DNA of 64,000 nt. It comes from Chitinophaga pinensis. Its GTDB lineage: Bacteria > Pseudomonadota > Gammaproteobacteria > Burkholderiales > Burkholderiaceae_C. Positions within the stretch are counted from its first letter, which is position 1, and each line of letters begins with the position of its first letter. The translations under genes were made by a program, and so were the position numbers. This document shows positions 9,345 to 20,458 of the stretch, in pieces. The stretch lies in the NCBI GenBank assembly GCA_943326015.2, contig CALPRQ020000008.1, positions 4,369 through 68,368 on the forward strand. The letters are read 5' to 3'. Below the pieces are notes generated by a model. It was not told the DNA's origin, did not search any database, and saw only the letters and a list, made by a program, of their open reading frames with translations.

Positions 9345-10280
9345 TCAGGCCGGATCTTGTCCGGACGGGTGGCGGCGCAGGTCGCGGTGGCTCCAGCCCA
9401 GCAGGCGGGCAACGATGGAGGAGCCGACCGTGACGGCCAGCGCCAGCAGGTGCACGACCAGCGCGGCCAGCGCGATCTCGCTCCAGGGCGCATCGGCCGC
9501 GCTGCGAACTGCCGCGATGACGCCAGCCTCGTAGGGGCCGAAGCCGGCCGGCGGCTGCACCGGCAGCGCGGCAGCCAGTTCGCCGCCGGCCGCGCCCTTG
9601 AGCGCGGCGTCGAAGTCGATCGGCAGCAGGCTCAGCAAGGGCCAGGCGATGGCCGCGAGTTTAACGATCCAGTTCGAGACCGCATAGGCCCAGCTGGCCC
9701 AGGCCGGCGCTGGCAGCTGGCGGCCGCTCTCGCCGCTGCGGCGTGCGGCACGCTCCTGCACGATGAACCAGACCGCGGGCAGCAGCCAGATCGCCGCCAC
9801 CAGCATGGCCAGCAGCAGCAGCAGGCGCCAGGGCCAGCTGAAGGGTGCAAAGAGCGCGAGCGCCAGCACCGCGAGCACCGCCATGTCCTGCAGCCGCAGC
9901 CGCAGCAGGCTCAAGCCCGCCTGGCGCAACGGCACGCCGCCCTGGCGGTGCAGCGCCCAGACGTAGATCGCCTCGCCGCCGCGCATGGGAACGAGCACCA
10001 CCCAGGCGCTGTGGCGCACCATCAGGCCCCAGGCCTCGCGCCACCCCATGCGCAGCTGGCCGCGCCATTCGGCGCGCACCCGGCCGGCGCGCAGCCCATG
10101 GCTGGCAGCCAGTCCCAAGCCCGACAGCAGCCAGACCCAAGGCGGCACCTTGCCCCAGGTGATGGCAGCCTGTTGCCAGTCCACCTGACGCAGCATCCAA
10201 CCCAGCGCGACGACGGTCGCCAGCGTAACGAGGATGGTGATCCAGAATTTCTTGCCTGCTGGCTTGTGTTTGTTGCTCAT
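9345..10280 (-). CDS. LPG-synthase-TM/flippase-like membrane protein
   Basis: Start moved to MSNKHKPAGKK; LRAGRVR, VPMRGGEAIY and PPAGFGPYEAG resemble the YbhN/MprF-N/AglD2 flippase-like family. Confidence 0.7.
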   Translation of the reverse strand: MSNKHKPAGKKFWITILVTLATVVALGWMLRQVDWQQAAITWGKVPPWVWLLSGLGLAASHGLRAGRVRAEWRGQLRMGWREAWGLMVRHSAWVVLVPMRGGEAIYVWALHRQGGVPLRQAGLSLLRLRLQDMAVLAVLALALFAPFSWPWRLLLLLAMLVAAIWLLPAVWFIVQERAARRSGESGRQLPAPAWASWAYAVSNWIVKLAAIAWPLLSLLPIDFDAALKGAAGGELAAALPVQPPAGFGPYEAGVIAAVRSAADAPWSEIALAALVVHLLALAVTVGSSIVARLLGWSHRDLRRHPSGQDPA

Positions 10281-10318
10281 CGCTGCCTTGTGTCGCTCTC
10301 GGCCGCTGTCAGTCGCCA

Positions 10319-11143
10319 TCAGCCGCGGATGCGGCGTTGACCCAGACAGGTCGCCAGCCGCCAGCCGGCACTGGCCAGCGCGGCCAGGCCGAGCGCCCAT
10401 TGCAGGGCTTCTACCTCGGGGTAACCTTCGCGCGCCGTGAAGGTGGCCAGCGCGCCGAGCAACTCGACGATCAGCGGAACCCGGACCGACATCCAGCCGC
10501 CCTGGCGCAGCCAGCGGGCCTGCAGCTGCCAGCACAGCGCGGCGACCGCGAGCCCCAGGCCGGCACCCACCAGGATGTCAGCCGGCCAGTGCGCGCCGAC
10601 CGCGACGCGCGAGCAGGCCATCGCGGCCCCCAGCGCCCAGGCCAGCGCCTGCAGCCAGAGCGGCCTGCCGTCACGGCGCAGCAGGCAGGCCCAGAGCGTC
10701 GCGATGCTGAACGCGGCCAGCGCGTGGCCCGAAGGCATCGCGGGGCTGTTGAGCACCGGGCTGCCGATGAAATGCAATGCGCCCTCGGGCAGCACCAGCC
10801 CCGGCCTGGGCTGCGCGAACCAGAGCTTGAGCAGCTGCGCCAGTCCGCCACCGAGCAGGAAGGCCAGCAGCACGGCACGGCTGCCTTCGGCTCCGCGGTC
10901 GGCCGCGCTGACCAGGATCAGGGCCGACCAGCCGAAGGCCAGCAGCGTCAGCCCGGCCCAGACCGCATCGGGCAACAGTCCCAGGCCGTTGCCCCACAGC
11001 ATGGCGGCCTGGTTCCAGCGCGAGCCGTGCAGCAGCGCGCCGGCCACGACCAGTATCAGCGCCACCAGCCACCAGCTGCGGGGAATGGCCTGCGGCGCCT
11101 GGCCAGGGCAAGCGCTGGGCGCCGGTTTGGAGGGAGCGGGCAT
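10319..11143 (-). CDS. PAP2-family membrane phosphatase (LpxE/LpxF/UppP-like)
   Basis: All three PAP2 motifs present: K-x6-RP (KLWFAQPRP), PSGH, SR-x5-H-x3-D (SRVAVGAHWPAD); start uncertain (11143 or 11200). Confidence 0.88.
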   Translation of the reverse strand: MPAPSKPAPSACPGQAPQAIPRSWWLVALILVVAGALLHGSRWNQAAMLWGNGLGLLPDAVWAGLTLLAFGWSALILVSAADRGAEGSRAVLLAFLLGGGLAQLLKLWFAQPRPGLVLPEGALHFIGSPVLNSPAMPSGHALAAFSIATLWACLLRRDGRPLWLQALAWALGAAMACSRVAVGAHWPADILVGAGLGLAVAALCWQLQARWLRQGGWMSVRVPLIVELLGALATFTAREGYPEVEALQWALGLAALASAGWRLATCLGQRRIRG

Positions 11144-11216
11144 GGCAAGGCTGGCCAGAAAACGAGGGGAACTGATTTTATCCCTTGCCAGCTGTATCAT
11201 TTTTCAGCGGATCGCC

Positions 11217-12383
11217 TCAGTCGCTGCCGAACAGGTCGCGCGTGTAGACCTTGTCGCTCACATCGTCGAGATCGGCGGTCTGGCGGTTAGCGACGATCAC
11301 GTCGCATTCCTGCTTGAAGCCAGCCAGGTCGCGCACCACCTCGGAACCGAAGAAGTCGTCAGCTTCCAGCACCGGCTCGTACACCACCACCTTGACGCCC
11401 TTGGCTTTCAGCCGCTTCATCACGCCCTGCACGCTGCTGGCGCGGAAGTTGTCGCTGCCGGCCTTCATGACCAGGCGGTAGACGCCCACCACCTTCGGGC
11501 GGCGGCGCAGGATGTCGTCGGCGATGAAGTCCTTGCGCGTGCTGTTGGCGCTCACGATCGCGCTGATCAGCGTCTGCGGCACGTTCTGGTAGTTGGCCAG
11601 CAGCTGCTTGGTGTCCTTGGGCAGGCAGTAGCCGCCGTAGCCGAAGCTCGGGTTGTTGTAATGCGCGCCGATGCGCGGGTCCAGGCAGACGCCGTCGATG
11701 ATCTGGCGCGTGTCCAGGCCGTGGCTGGCGGCGTAGCTGTCGAGCTCGTTGAAATAGGCCACGCGCAGCGCGAGGTAGGTGTTGGCGAACAGCTTGATCG
11801 CCTCGGCCTCGGTGCTGCCGGTGAACAGCAGCGGGATGTCGGTCTTGATGGCGGCGGCCTGCAGCAGGCTGGCGAAGACGCGCGCGCGCTCGGAGTCTTC
11901 GCCCACCACGATGCGGCTCGGATACAGGTTGTCGTGCAGCGCCTTGCCCTCGCGCAGGAACTCGGGGCTGAAGATCAGCTGGTCCGTGCCGTACTGGGCG
12001 CGCGCCTTCTCGGTGAAGCCGACCGGCACCGTCGACTTGATCACCATCACCGCGTCCGGGTTGATCGCGAGCACGTCGCGGATCACGGCCTCGACCGATC
12101 CGGTATTGAAGTAGTTGGTCGCCGGGTCGTAGTCGGTCGGCGTCGCGATGATGACGTAGTCGGCGCCCTGGTAGGCCTCGCGCTTGTCGAGCGTGGCGCG
12201 CAGATTCAGCGGCCTGGTCGCGAGGTAATGCTCGATGTCCGCATCCTCGATCGGCGACTGGCGCGCATTGAGCTGCTCGACCTTGGCCGGGACGATGTCG
12301 AGCGCGACGACTTCGTGCTGCTGCGCGAGCAGCACGGCATTGGAGAGACCGACGTAACCGGTGCCGGCGATGGCGATTTTCAT
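11217..12383 (-). CDS. ugd: UDP-glucose 6-dehydrogenase
   Basis: [31 protein letters not shown] (catalytic Cys); 388 aa. Confidence 0.96.
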   Translation of the reverse strand: MKIAIAGTGYVGLSNAVLLAQQHEVVALDIVPAKVEQLNARQSPIEDADIEHYLATRPLNLRATLDKREAYQGADYVIIATPTDYDPATNYFNTGSVEAVIRDVLAINPDAVMVIKSTVPVGFTEKARAQYGTDQLIFSPEFLREGKALHDNLYPSRIVVGEDSERARVFASLLQAAAIKTDIPLLFTGSTEAEAIKLFANTYLALRVAYFNELDSYAASHGLDTRQIIDGVCLDPRIGAHYNNPSFGYGGYCLPKDTKQLLANYQNVPQTLISAIVSANSTRKDFIADDILRRRPKVVGVYRLVMKAGSDNFRASSVQGVMKRLKAKGVKVVVYEPVLEADDFFGSEVVRDLAGFKQECDVIVANRQTADLDDVSDKVYTRDLFGSD

Positions 12384-12484
12384 GCGGATCTGGGCTGGAT
12401 TGGCCCCCTAGTCTGGATGCGTCGATGTTAGCGCCGACCGGCGTCCTTGCTCACCTGATCGTCGTGCCCATGCGCCGCCGGCGC

Positions 12485-13132
12485 TCACATCAGGCCACCG
12501 ACCAGCCAGGCGGCGGTGCCCCACATCATGAGCGCGACCAGGCCGTCGATGGCACGCCAGAGCGCGGCTGATCCGAGCCGGCGACCGAGCCAGAAGGTCG
12601 CCGCGCCCAGCAGCGTGAACCAGAGCAGCGATCCGGTCAGCGCGCCGGCACCGAACAGCTGGTTGCCAGGCCGGCCCCAGGCCAGCGAGGCGGTGCCGAT
12701 CAGCACCGCGGTGTCGAGCCAGGCGTGCGGGTTGAGCCAGGAGAAGGCCAGCGCCGTGAGCACGGCCTGACGCCGCGTCATCGGCTGATTGGCGTTCGCT
12801 TCTGTACCCAGCGGCTGGTCCACGGCCGGCTGCCAGCAGCGCTGCCCTGCCTGCCAGCCATAGACCAGCAGGAACAGCGCACCGGCACCGACCAGCGCGC
12901 CCTGCAGCTTGTCGCTCAGGCCGCCGAGCTCGGCCAGCCCCAGCACGCCAAGCGCGATCAGCACGAAGTCGGCCAGCATGCTGATCGCGACGGTCAGCCA
13001 GAGATGCTGGCGCCGCAGGCCCATGCGCATGACATGCGCGTTCTGCGGACCAATGGCCATGATCAGCGACAGGCTCAGCGCCAGGCCGGCGCTGAAGGCT
13101 GGGGAAAGGATGGAGGGCAGGGCGATCGACAT
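12485..13132 (-). CDS. LysE/ArgO-family amino acid exporter
   Basis: IMAIGPQNAHV, WLNPHAWLDT; divergent from an ArgP-type LysR. Confidence 0.9.
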   Translation of the reverse strand: MSIALPSILSPAFSAGLALSLSLIMAIGPQNAHVMRMGLRRQHLWLTVAISMLADFVLIALGVLGLAELGGLSDKLQGALVGAGALFLLVYGWQAGQRCWQPAVDQPLGTEANANQPMTRRQAVLTALAFSWLNPHAWLDTAVLIGTASLAWGRPGNQLFGAGALTGSLLWFTLLGAATFWLGRRLGSAALWRAIDGLVALMMWGTAAWLVGGLM

Positions 13133-13204
13133 GACAGGGACTCCGGTTGCGCCGCCATCGACGCAGCGCCATCAGGAGTGTGCCGGCTGGCCGCATCAAT
13201 TAAA

Positions 13205-13249
13205 ATGATTCAAATAAAACTAGATTCACTCAAGAAAAACTTGAATCAT
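13205..13249. promoter_or_regulatory. AT-rich divergent argP/lysE control region with a 9-bp inverted repeat
   Basis: ATGATTCAA (13205-13213) and TTGAATCAT (13241-13249), 27 nt apart; the right arm overlaps the argP start. Confidence 0.5.
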
Positions 13250-14183
13250 GCTCGATGCCCGTCAGCTTGAGGCGCTCGTCGCCGTGCTCGAACAGGGCAG
13301 TTTCGGTGCCGCTGCCGAACAGCTGCACCTCACGCTGGCGGCGGTTTCGCTGCGCGTCAAGGCGCTCGAGGAGTCACTGGGGCAGCGCCTGCTGGTACGC
13401 GGCAAGCGCCTGCGCGCGACCGCCGCCGGTCAGGCCCTGCTCGCACATGCACGCCAGCTGCAGCTGATGGAGGCGGACTTGCTCGCGAGTCTGCCCGGTC
13501 ATGCGCCAGCCGCCGGCCGCGACTGGCAGCGGCTGAGCGTGGCGGTCAACGCCGATTCGGTCGCCGCCTGGTTCCTGCCGGGTGTCGCGCCGCTGCTGCG
13601 GCAACAGCGCTTGCTGCTCGACATCGTGATCGACGACCAGGATCACACCCACGACGCGCTCAAGAATGGCGAGGTCAGCGGCTGTGTCACGACGCTGGCA
13701 CAGCCGATGCGCGGCTGCGTTGCCGAGCCGCTGGGCGTGATGCGCTACCGCTGTGTCGCCTTGCCGGCGCTGGTGCAGCAATGCCGGACGGTGCGCGGCG
13801 CGGTCTCGCCGCACCGGCTGATCGCACTGCCGGCGGTGATCTTCAACCGCAAGGACGCGCTGCAGGATGCCTTCCTTGAGCGCCATTTCGGTCTGCGCCA
13901 GGCCGGCTACCCGCGCCACTTCTTGCCGGCAACCGACGCCTTCATGGCGGCGCTCGAGCTTGGCCTGGGCTGGGGCATGGTGCCCGAGCAGGAGCTCGCG
14001 CAGCGTGCCGGCCGCCCCGAGCTGGTCGAACTGCTGCCGGGTGCGACGGTCGACGTGACGCTCTACTGGCAGCATTGGCTGCGCGAACCGCCATCAGCGC
14101 AACGCCTGACGCAGGCGGTCAAGCAAGCCGCCAGCGAACAGCTCGTGCCCATGCCAGCTTCCGCGGGCCAGCGGGATGAATAA
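13248..14183 (+). CDS. argP: LysR-family regulator ArgP/LysG
   Basis: N-terminal LysR HTH, AVNADS motif, VTLYWQHW; divergent from lysE/argO. Confidence 0.9.
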   Translation: MLDARQLEALVAVLEQGSFGAAAEQLHLTLAAVSLRVKALEESLGQRLLVRGKRLRATAAGQALLAHARQLQLMEADLLASLPGHAPAAGRDWQRLSVAVNADSVAAWFLPGVAPLLRQQRLLLDIVIDDQDHTHDALKNGEVSGCVTTLAQPMRGCVAEPLGVMRYRCVALPALVQQCRTVRGAVSPHRLIALPAVIFNRKDALQDAFLERHFGLRQAGYPRHFLPATDAFMAALELGLGWGMVPEQELAQRAGRPELVELLPGATVDVTLYWQHWLREPPSAQRLTQAVKQAASEQLVPMPASAGQRDE

Positions 14184-14220
14184 GCCCAGCCGGGCGGTGG
14201 CAACCGTAGAATCCTCCTCC

Positions 14221-15894
14221 ATGCTCACCGTCAAAAACGAACTGCTCGCCGCCCTGGCTGCCGAGCTGGAAAAACTCTCCCCCGGCGCCGGCGCGAAAGC
14301 CGCTTTCGAAAACCCCAAGGTGGCCGCGCACGGCGACTACGCCTGCACCGCCGCCATGCAGCTGGCCAAGGCGCTCAAGTCCAACCCGCGCCAGCTCGCG
14401 CAGCAGCTGGTCGATGCGCTGCTGGCCACGCCGGCCTACGCCCAGTGGGTGGACGCGCTCGAAATCGCCGGCCCCGGTTTCCTCAACGTCAAGCTGAAAC
14501 CGGCTGCCAAGCAGCAGATCGTGCGCGAGGTGCTCGAAGCGGGTGCCTGCTTCGGCCAGCAACCCGCCAAGGATCAGCGCGTGCTGGTCGAATTCGTTTC
14601 CGCCAACCCGACCGGCCCGCTGCACGTGGGCCATGGCCGCCAGGCCGCGCTCGGCGACGCGATCTGCAACCTGTTCCAGACCCAGGGCTGGAACGTGCAC
14701 CGCGAGTTCTATTACAACGACGCCGGCGTGCAGATCCAGACCCTGGCCAACTCGACCCAGTTGCGCGCCCGGGGCTTCAAGCCGGGCGACGCCGAGTGGC
14801 CGGACGCCGCCTACAACGGCGACTACATCCAGGACATCGCCGATGACTTCCTGGCCAGGAAGACCGTCAAGGCCGACGACCGCGAGTTCAGCGCCAGCGG
14901 CGATGTCGAGGACCTCGACGGCATCCGCCAGTTCGCGGTCGCCTACCTGCGCCACGAGCAGGATCTCGACCTGAAGGCATTCGAGGTCAAGTTCGACCAT
15001 TACTACCTGGAATCCAGCCTCTACACCAGCGGCAAGGTGGAGGCGGCCGTGCAAAAGCTGCAGGCCGCCGGCAAGACCTACGAGCAGGACGGCGCGCTCT
15101 GGCTGCGCTCGACCGACTACGGCGACGACAAGGACCGCGTGATGCGCAAGTCCGACGGCGGCTACACCTACTTCGTGCCCGACGTCGCCTATCACATCAC
15201 CAAGTTCGAGCGCGGCTTCGGCAAGGTCATCAACATCCAGGGCACCGACCACCACGGCACCATCGCGCGCGTGCGCGCCGGCCTGCAGGCAGCCGGCATC
15301 GGCATCCCCGAAGGCTATCCCGACTACGTGCTGCACACCATGGTGCGCGTGGTCAAGGGCGGCGAGGAGGTCAAGATCTCCAAGCGCGCCGGTTCATATG
15401 TGACGCTGCGCGACCTGATCGAGTGGACCAGCAAGGACGCCGTGCGCTTCTTCCTGCTGTCGCGCAAGCCCGACACCGAATACACCTTCGACGTCGACCT
15501 GGCGATCCAGCAGAACAACGACAACCCGGTGTTCTACGTCCAGTACGCGCACGCGCGCATCTGCTCGGTGCTGGCGGCCTGGGGTGGCGATGCCGTGACC
15601 CTCAAGGAGGTCGACCTGTCGGCGCTGCAAGGCCCGCAGGCCCAGGCGCTGATGCTGCAGCTGGCCAAGTACCCCGAGATGCTGAGCGCCGCCGCCCAGG
15701 ACTTCGCGCCGCACGACGTGACCTTCTACCTGCGCGAGCTGGCGTCGAGCTACCACAGCTACTACGACGCCGAGCGCATCCTGGTCGATGACGAGGCCGT
15801 CAAGCGGGCCAGGCTGGCGCTGGTGGCGGCGACGGCGCAGGTGTTGCACAATGGTCTGGCCGTGCTGGGTGTCAGCGCGCCTCGGAAAATGTAA
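14221..15894 (+). CDS. argS: Arginine--tRNA ligase
   Basis: [12 protein letters not shown] (HIGH), [14 protein letters not shown]; start moved to ATG 14221. Confidence 0.97.
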   Translation: MLTVKNELLAALAAELEKLSPGAGAKAAFENPKVAAHGDYACTAAMQLAKALKSNPRQLAQQLVDALLATPAYAQWVDALEIAGPGFLNVKLKPAAKQQIVREVLEAGACFGQQPAKDQRVLVEFVSANPTGPLHVGHGRQAALGDAICNLFQTQGWNVHREFYYNDAGVQIQTLANSTQLRARGFKPGDAEWPDAAYNGDYIQDIADDFLARKTVKADDREFSASGDVEDLDGIRQFAVAYLRHEQDLDLKAFEVKFDHYYLESSLYTSGKVEAAVQKLQAAGKTYEQDGALWLRSTDYGDDKDRVMRKSDGGYTYFVPDVAYHITKFERGFGKVINIQGTDHHGTIARVRAGLQAAGIGIPEGYPDYVLHTMVRVVKGGEEVKISKRAGSYVTLRDLIEWTSKDAVRFFLLSRKPDTEYTFDVDLAIQQNNDNPVFYVQYAHARICSVLAAWGGDAVTLKEVDLSALQGPQAQALMLQLAKYPEMLSAAAQDFAPHDVTFYLRELASSYHSYYDAERILVDDEAVKRARLALVAATAQVLHNGLAVLGVSAPRKM

Positions 15895-16608
15895 ATGCCT
15901 ATGAAAAAGCACAAGGGGGGAACCCTGCTCGGATTCACCCTGGGTCTGCTGGTCGGCCTGGCGGTCGCGCTGGCGGTCGCGGTCTATGTCTACAAGGGGC
16001 AGGATTCGCTGTTCAAGCCGCTCCCGCAGCCCGGGGCGGTGCAGGACGCGAAGGAGCAGGAGCGCAACCGGGACTGGAACCCGAATGCGGGCCTGGCGAG
16101 CAAGAGCGTGCCCATGCCCAAGCCGGCCGAGGCGACTGCCCCGGCCGTACCGGCACCCTTGCCGGCTCCGGCTCCGGCTCCGGCTCCGGCCGCATCAGCG
16201 CCCGTGCCGGCTCCGGCCCCCGCCCCCGCCTCCGCTTCCATCGCCGAACCCGGCAAGCCGGTGCAAGTTGCCAAGCCTCAGCATCAGGCCAAGGATCCGA
16301 TCGGCGATCTGATCGAATCCCGGGCCGGAGCCAATTCCACGAACGGGGCCAAGACCGAGACCAAGGCCGACCCCTCCATCTATTTCCTGCAGGCCGGTGC
16401 CTTCCGCGCCCCCGAGGAAGCCGAGACCCAGCGCGCCAAGCTCGCGATGCAGGGCTTCGATTTCAAGGTCAGCGAGCGCGAGCAGGCCGGCCGGCTGGTC
16501 TATCGCCTGCGCCTCGGACCTTTCCGCAGCAAGGCCGAGGTCGATCAGGCGCAGCAACGCCTTGTGGACCAGGGCGTCGAGGTCGCGCAGGTGCGCAGCC
16601 AGCGCTGA
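15895..16608 (+). CDS. SPOR-domain (FtsN-like) cell division protein
   Basis: N-terminal TM, Pro/Ala linker, C-terminal LQAGAF...YRLRLGPF SPOR domain; argS-SPOR-dsbA order. Confidence 0.88.
   Translation: MPMKKHKGGTLLGFTLGLLVGLAVALAVAVYVYKGQDSLFKPLPQPGAVQDAKEQERNRDWNPNAGLASKSVPMPKPAEATAPAVPAPLPAPAPAPAPAASAPVPAPAPAPASASIAEPGKPVQVAKPQHQAKDPIGDLIESRAGANSTNGAKTETKADPSIYFLQAGAFRAPEEAETQRAKLAMQGFDFKVSEREQAGRLVYRLRLGPFRSKAEVDQAQQRLVDQGVEVAQVRSQR
16162..16190 (+). repeat. In-frame hexamer tandem repeat (CCGGCT)x4.8 encoding a Pro-Ala linker
   Basis: ccggct x4 + ccggc read directly. Confidence 0.9.
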
Positions 16609-16634
16609 CCTCCCACAGGATCAGGAGTTTTACC

Positions 16635-17270
16635 GTGATAGCACGTCGATCGTTCAACCGCACCCTGCTGGCTGGTTCTGCCCTGGCCGGTACCGGCCTG
16701 CTGGGTCTGCCCGCCCAGGCACAGTCCGCTTTCAAGGAGGGCAAGGATTTCCAGCGCCTCAAGCAGCCCGTGGCCGTCGATGCCCCGGCCGGCCAGGTCG
16801 AGGTGCTGGAGTTCTTCTCCTACGGCTGCATCCACTGCTTCCACTTCGAGCCCCTGGTCAAGGCCTGGCTCAAGCAGAAGCCGGCCCAGGTGGCGTTCCG
16901 GCGCGTGCCGGTGTTCGCCGAGCCGCTGCAGCGCGCCTACTACGCGCTTGAGGCCATGGGCCAGCTCGAAGCCGCGCACGACAAGCTGTTCGCGCTGTTC
17001 TTCACCGACTCGGTGCGCCCGGCCGGCAACAAGCCCGAGGCGGTGGCCGACTGGGTGGCCAAGGCCGGCGTCGACCGCGCCAAGTTCCTGGAGGCCTACC
17101 AGTCCTTCGGCGTCGCCGGCAAGGTCAGGCGCGCGACCCAGCTGGCCGACCTGTACCAGGTCGAGGGCACGCCGGCGGTCGGTGTCGCCGGTCGCTTCCT
17201 GGTGCCGGGACAGGCCGAGCGCACGCTGCCGATCGTCAATGCGCTGATCGCCGAAGCCCGCAAGGGCTGA
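16635..17270 (+). CDS. dsbA: Thiol:disulfide interchange protein DsbA
   Basis: GTG start with AGGAG RBS; EFFSYGCIHC (CXXC); VEGTP cis-Pro loop. Confidence 0.92.
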   Translation: MIARRSFNRTLLAGSALAGTGLLGLPAQAQSAFKEGKDFQRLKQPVAVDAPAGQVEVLEFFSYGCIHCFHFEPLVKAWLKQKPAQVAFRRVPVFAEPLQRAYYALEAMGQLEAAHDKLFALFFTDSVRPAGNKPEAVADWVAKAGVDRAKFLEAYQSFGVAGKVRRATQLADLYQVEGTPAVGVAGRFLVPGQAERTLPIVNALIAEARKG

Positions 17271-17292
17271 ACCGGGCCGGTCGAACTTCCAG

Positions 17293-17317
17293 AGCCTGCC
17301 GCCGTGCAGGCTTTTTT
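17293..17317 (+). terminator. Intrinsic terminator after dsbA
   Basis: AGCCTGC-cgccgt-GCAGGCT followed by a T-run. Confidence 0.8.
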
Positions 17318-17349
17318 GTCGCTGTTACACGCCAGAGCGCCTGCGGCGC

Positions 17350-17378
17350 GTGACCGGATCGCACCCAGTGACTACAAT
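17350..17378 (+). promoter_or_regulatory. Putative sigma70 promoter of lptA-lptB-rpoN
   Basis: GTGACC-N17-TACAAT. Confidence 0.5.
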
Positions 17379-17406
17379 GAATGCAAGTTCCGTGCCGATT
17401 TTGACC

Positions 17407-18023
17407 ATGTCCCAGACCTCACTCCTGCGTTCTCCGCTGACCGCCCTGCTGGCGCTGGCCTGTGCCTGCGCCACGCCGGTCGTGCTGGCCGAGCGCGCCG
17501 ACCGCGAAAAGCCCATGAACGCCGAGGCCGATGCGCTGCGCCATGACGATGCGAGTCAGACCAGTGTCTTCAGCGGTAGGGTCGTGATCACCAAGGGCAC
17601 GATCCAGATCCGCGGCGCCCAGGTCGAGGTCCGGCAGGACCCGCAGGGCCACCAGTTCGGTCTCGTGCTGGCCGGCCCCGGTCAGGCGGCCAGCTACCGC
17701 CAGAAGCGCGACGGCGTCGACGAGCATATCGAGGGCGAGGCACAGCGGATCGAATACGACGGCCGCGCCGACCAGGTCAAGTTCATCGGCCAGGCGGTGC
17801 TGCGCCGCTATCGGGGCACGACCCTGAGCGACGAGACCGCCGGCGCCGTGATCGTCTACGACAACCAGACCGAGGTGTTCCGCGTCGATGGCGGCCCGGC
17901 CAGCGCTTCTCCCGCCAACCCCTCGGGCCGCGTGCGCGCGACGCTGGCACCCCGCTCGCAGGCCGAGCCCCTGCCTGGCAAGCCCGTCACCTTGCAGCCG
18001 AGCGGCAGCATCGGGGGCAAGCC

Positions 18024-18027
<4 letters not shown>
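17407..18027 (+). CDS. lptA: LPS transport periplasmic protein LptA
   Basis: Signal peptide; OstA-like [12 protein letters not shown]...YRQKRDG...[11 protein letters not shown]; start set downstream of the promoter. Confidence 0.92.
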
Positions 18028-18779
<752 letters not shown>

Positions 18780-18786
18780 CGCACCC

Positions 18787-20385
18787 ATGTCCATGAAACC
18801 CGGCTTGTCGCTGCGCACCTCGCAGCAGCTGGCATTGACGCCGCAGCTGCAGCAGTCGATCCGCCTGCTGCAGTTGTCCACGCTTGAGATGGCGCAGGAA
18901 GTCGAGCAGATGCTCGACGAGAACCCCTTCCTTGAGCTGGAAGCCGAAACCGCCGAGCTGGAGGAGCCAGGTCCGGCCCGGGAGGAGGCACCGTCCAGTG
19001 AGGCTACGGAGCCGCCGCCGGGCCTGTCGGCAACGGCATCGGCGGCCAGCCCGGCGGACGAAACGGTGGCTGGCACAGCGCCCGAGCCCGGCACCGATGG
19101 CAGCGATGAGATCGGCGCGCTCGAACCCGACTGGGAGGGCGACGGCGCGGTCGACTTCAGCCCGGACGACGGCGAATGGGGCGGCGAGGCGCCGGCGCGC
19201 CAGGGCCCGGGCAGCGACGAGGAAGGTGCGAGCGCCATCGACCTTGCGAGCGAGTGGGTCACGCTGCAGTCCCACCTGCACCAGCAGTCGCTCTCCTTGC
19301 GCCTGAACGACGAGGAACGCGCCGCGCTCCATTTCCTGATCGAGTCGCTCGATGACGACGGCTATCTGGCCGATCTGCTGCCCGAGCTGGCCGAGGCCCT
19401 GCTGGCGCAGGAGGAAAGGGCGCGTGGCCTGCCCTGGCCCGATGAGCTGCGCCTGGAGCGTCAGGAGGCGCTGCAGCAGCTGTTGCAGACGGCATTGCAC
19501 TGGCTGCAGCACATGGAGCCTGCCGGCGTCGGCGCGCGCGACCTGGCCGAATGCCTGAAGCTGCAGATCCTTGAACTGCGCAACAGCCCGCTGGCGCGCG
19601 CCGCGCTCGCCATCTGCGAGCAGCCGCTCGAGCTGATGGCCAGGCGCGACCTCAAGCGCCTGGCCGCGCAATGCGGCATCGACGAGGCGCTGGTGCGCGA
19701 AGCACTGGCGCTGATCATGCGGCTCGAACCCAAGCCCGGCCGGCGCTTTGCCGATGTGCAGCGCAACATCGTCGTGCCCGACGTGCTCGTGAGCGCCGAG
19801 GGTCAAGGTTTCCAGGTCCGGCTCAACCCCGACGTCATGCCGCGCCTGCGCGTGCATGACATCTACGCCAGCGCGCTGCGCGGTCACAAGGGCGAGGCGG
19901 CCCAGGGCCTGCAGCAGCGGCTGCAGGAAGCGCGCTGGTTCATCAAGAACATCCAGCAGCGCTTCGACACCATCCTGCGGGTCTCGACCGCGATTGTCGA
20001 GCGCCAGCGCCGCTTCTTCCAGCAAGGCGAGCTCGCGATGCGTCCGCTGGTGCTGCGCGAGATCGCTGACGAGCTTGGCCTGCACGAGTCAACCATCAGC
20101 CGCGTGACGACCGCCAAGTACATGGCGACGCCTTTCGGCACCTACGAGCTCAAGTATTTCTTCGGCTCCGGCCTGGGCACCGAGACCGGGGTCAACGCCT
20201 CGAGCACGGCGGTGCGCGCGCTGATCAAGCAGCTGGTCGCCGCCGAGAACCCGAAGAAACCGCTGAGCGACAACCAGATCGCCGAGCTGCTCAAGGAGCA
20301 GGGCATCGAATGCGCGCGCCGCACCGTCGCCAAGTATCGCGAGGCGCTGCGCATCGCGCCGGCCAATCTGCGCAAGGCGCTCTGA
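18787..20385 (+). CDS. rpoN: RNA polymerase sigma-54
   Basis: LTPQLQQSIRLLQLS region I, HESTISR, RpoN box ARRTVAKYRE. Confidence 0.97.
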   Translation: MSMKPGLSLRTSQQLALTPQLQQSIRLLQLSTLEMAQEVEQMLDENPFLELEAETAELEEPGPAREEAPSSEATEPPPGLSATASAASPADETVAGTAPEPGTDGSDEIGALEPDWEGDGAVDFSPDDGEWGGEAPARQGPGSDEEGASAIDLASEWVTLQSHLHQQSLSLRLNDEERAALHFLIESLDDDGYLADLLPELAEALLAQEERARGLPWPDELRLERQEALQQLLQTALHWLQHMEPAGVGARDLAECLKLQILELRNSPLARAALAICEQPLELMARRDLKRLAAQCGIDEALVREALALIMRLEPKPGRRFADVQRNIVVPDVLVSAEGQGFQVRLNPDVMPRLRVHDIYASALRGHKGEAAQGLQQRLQEARWFIKNIQQRFDTILRVSTAIVERQRRFFQQGELAMRPLVLREIADELGLHESTISRVTTAKYMATPFGTYELKYFFGSGLGTETGVNASSTAVRALIKQLVAAENPKKPLSDNQIAELLKEQGIECARRTVAKYREALRIAPANLRKAL

Positions 20386-20458
20386 GCCGGCACTTGCGCT
20401 TACACTCCCCGGCCCGGGTTTGTCCCGACCCCTGTCCCATCGTTCACCGGAACCCGCC

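Noticed and set aside
12384-12484. Pho box or PhoP/PmrA box upstream of ugd
   Set aside because: No CTGTCA-type direct repeat or other recognisable box, so phosphate or peptide regulation of the cluster is unsupported.
17283-17310. Sigma-E promoter (GAACTT) upstream of lptA
   Set aside because: No TCTGA/TCAAA -10 at 16-nt spacing; the region is the dsbA terminator.
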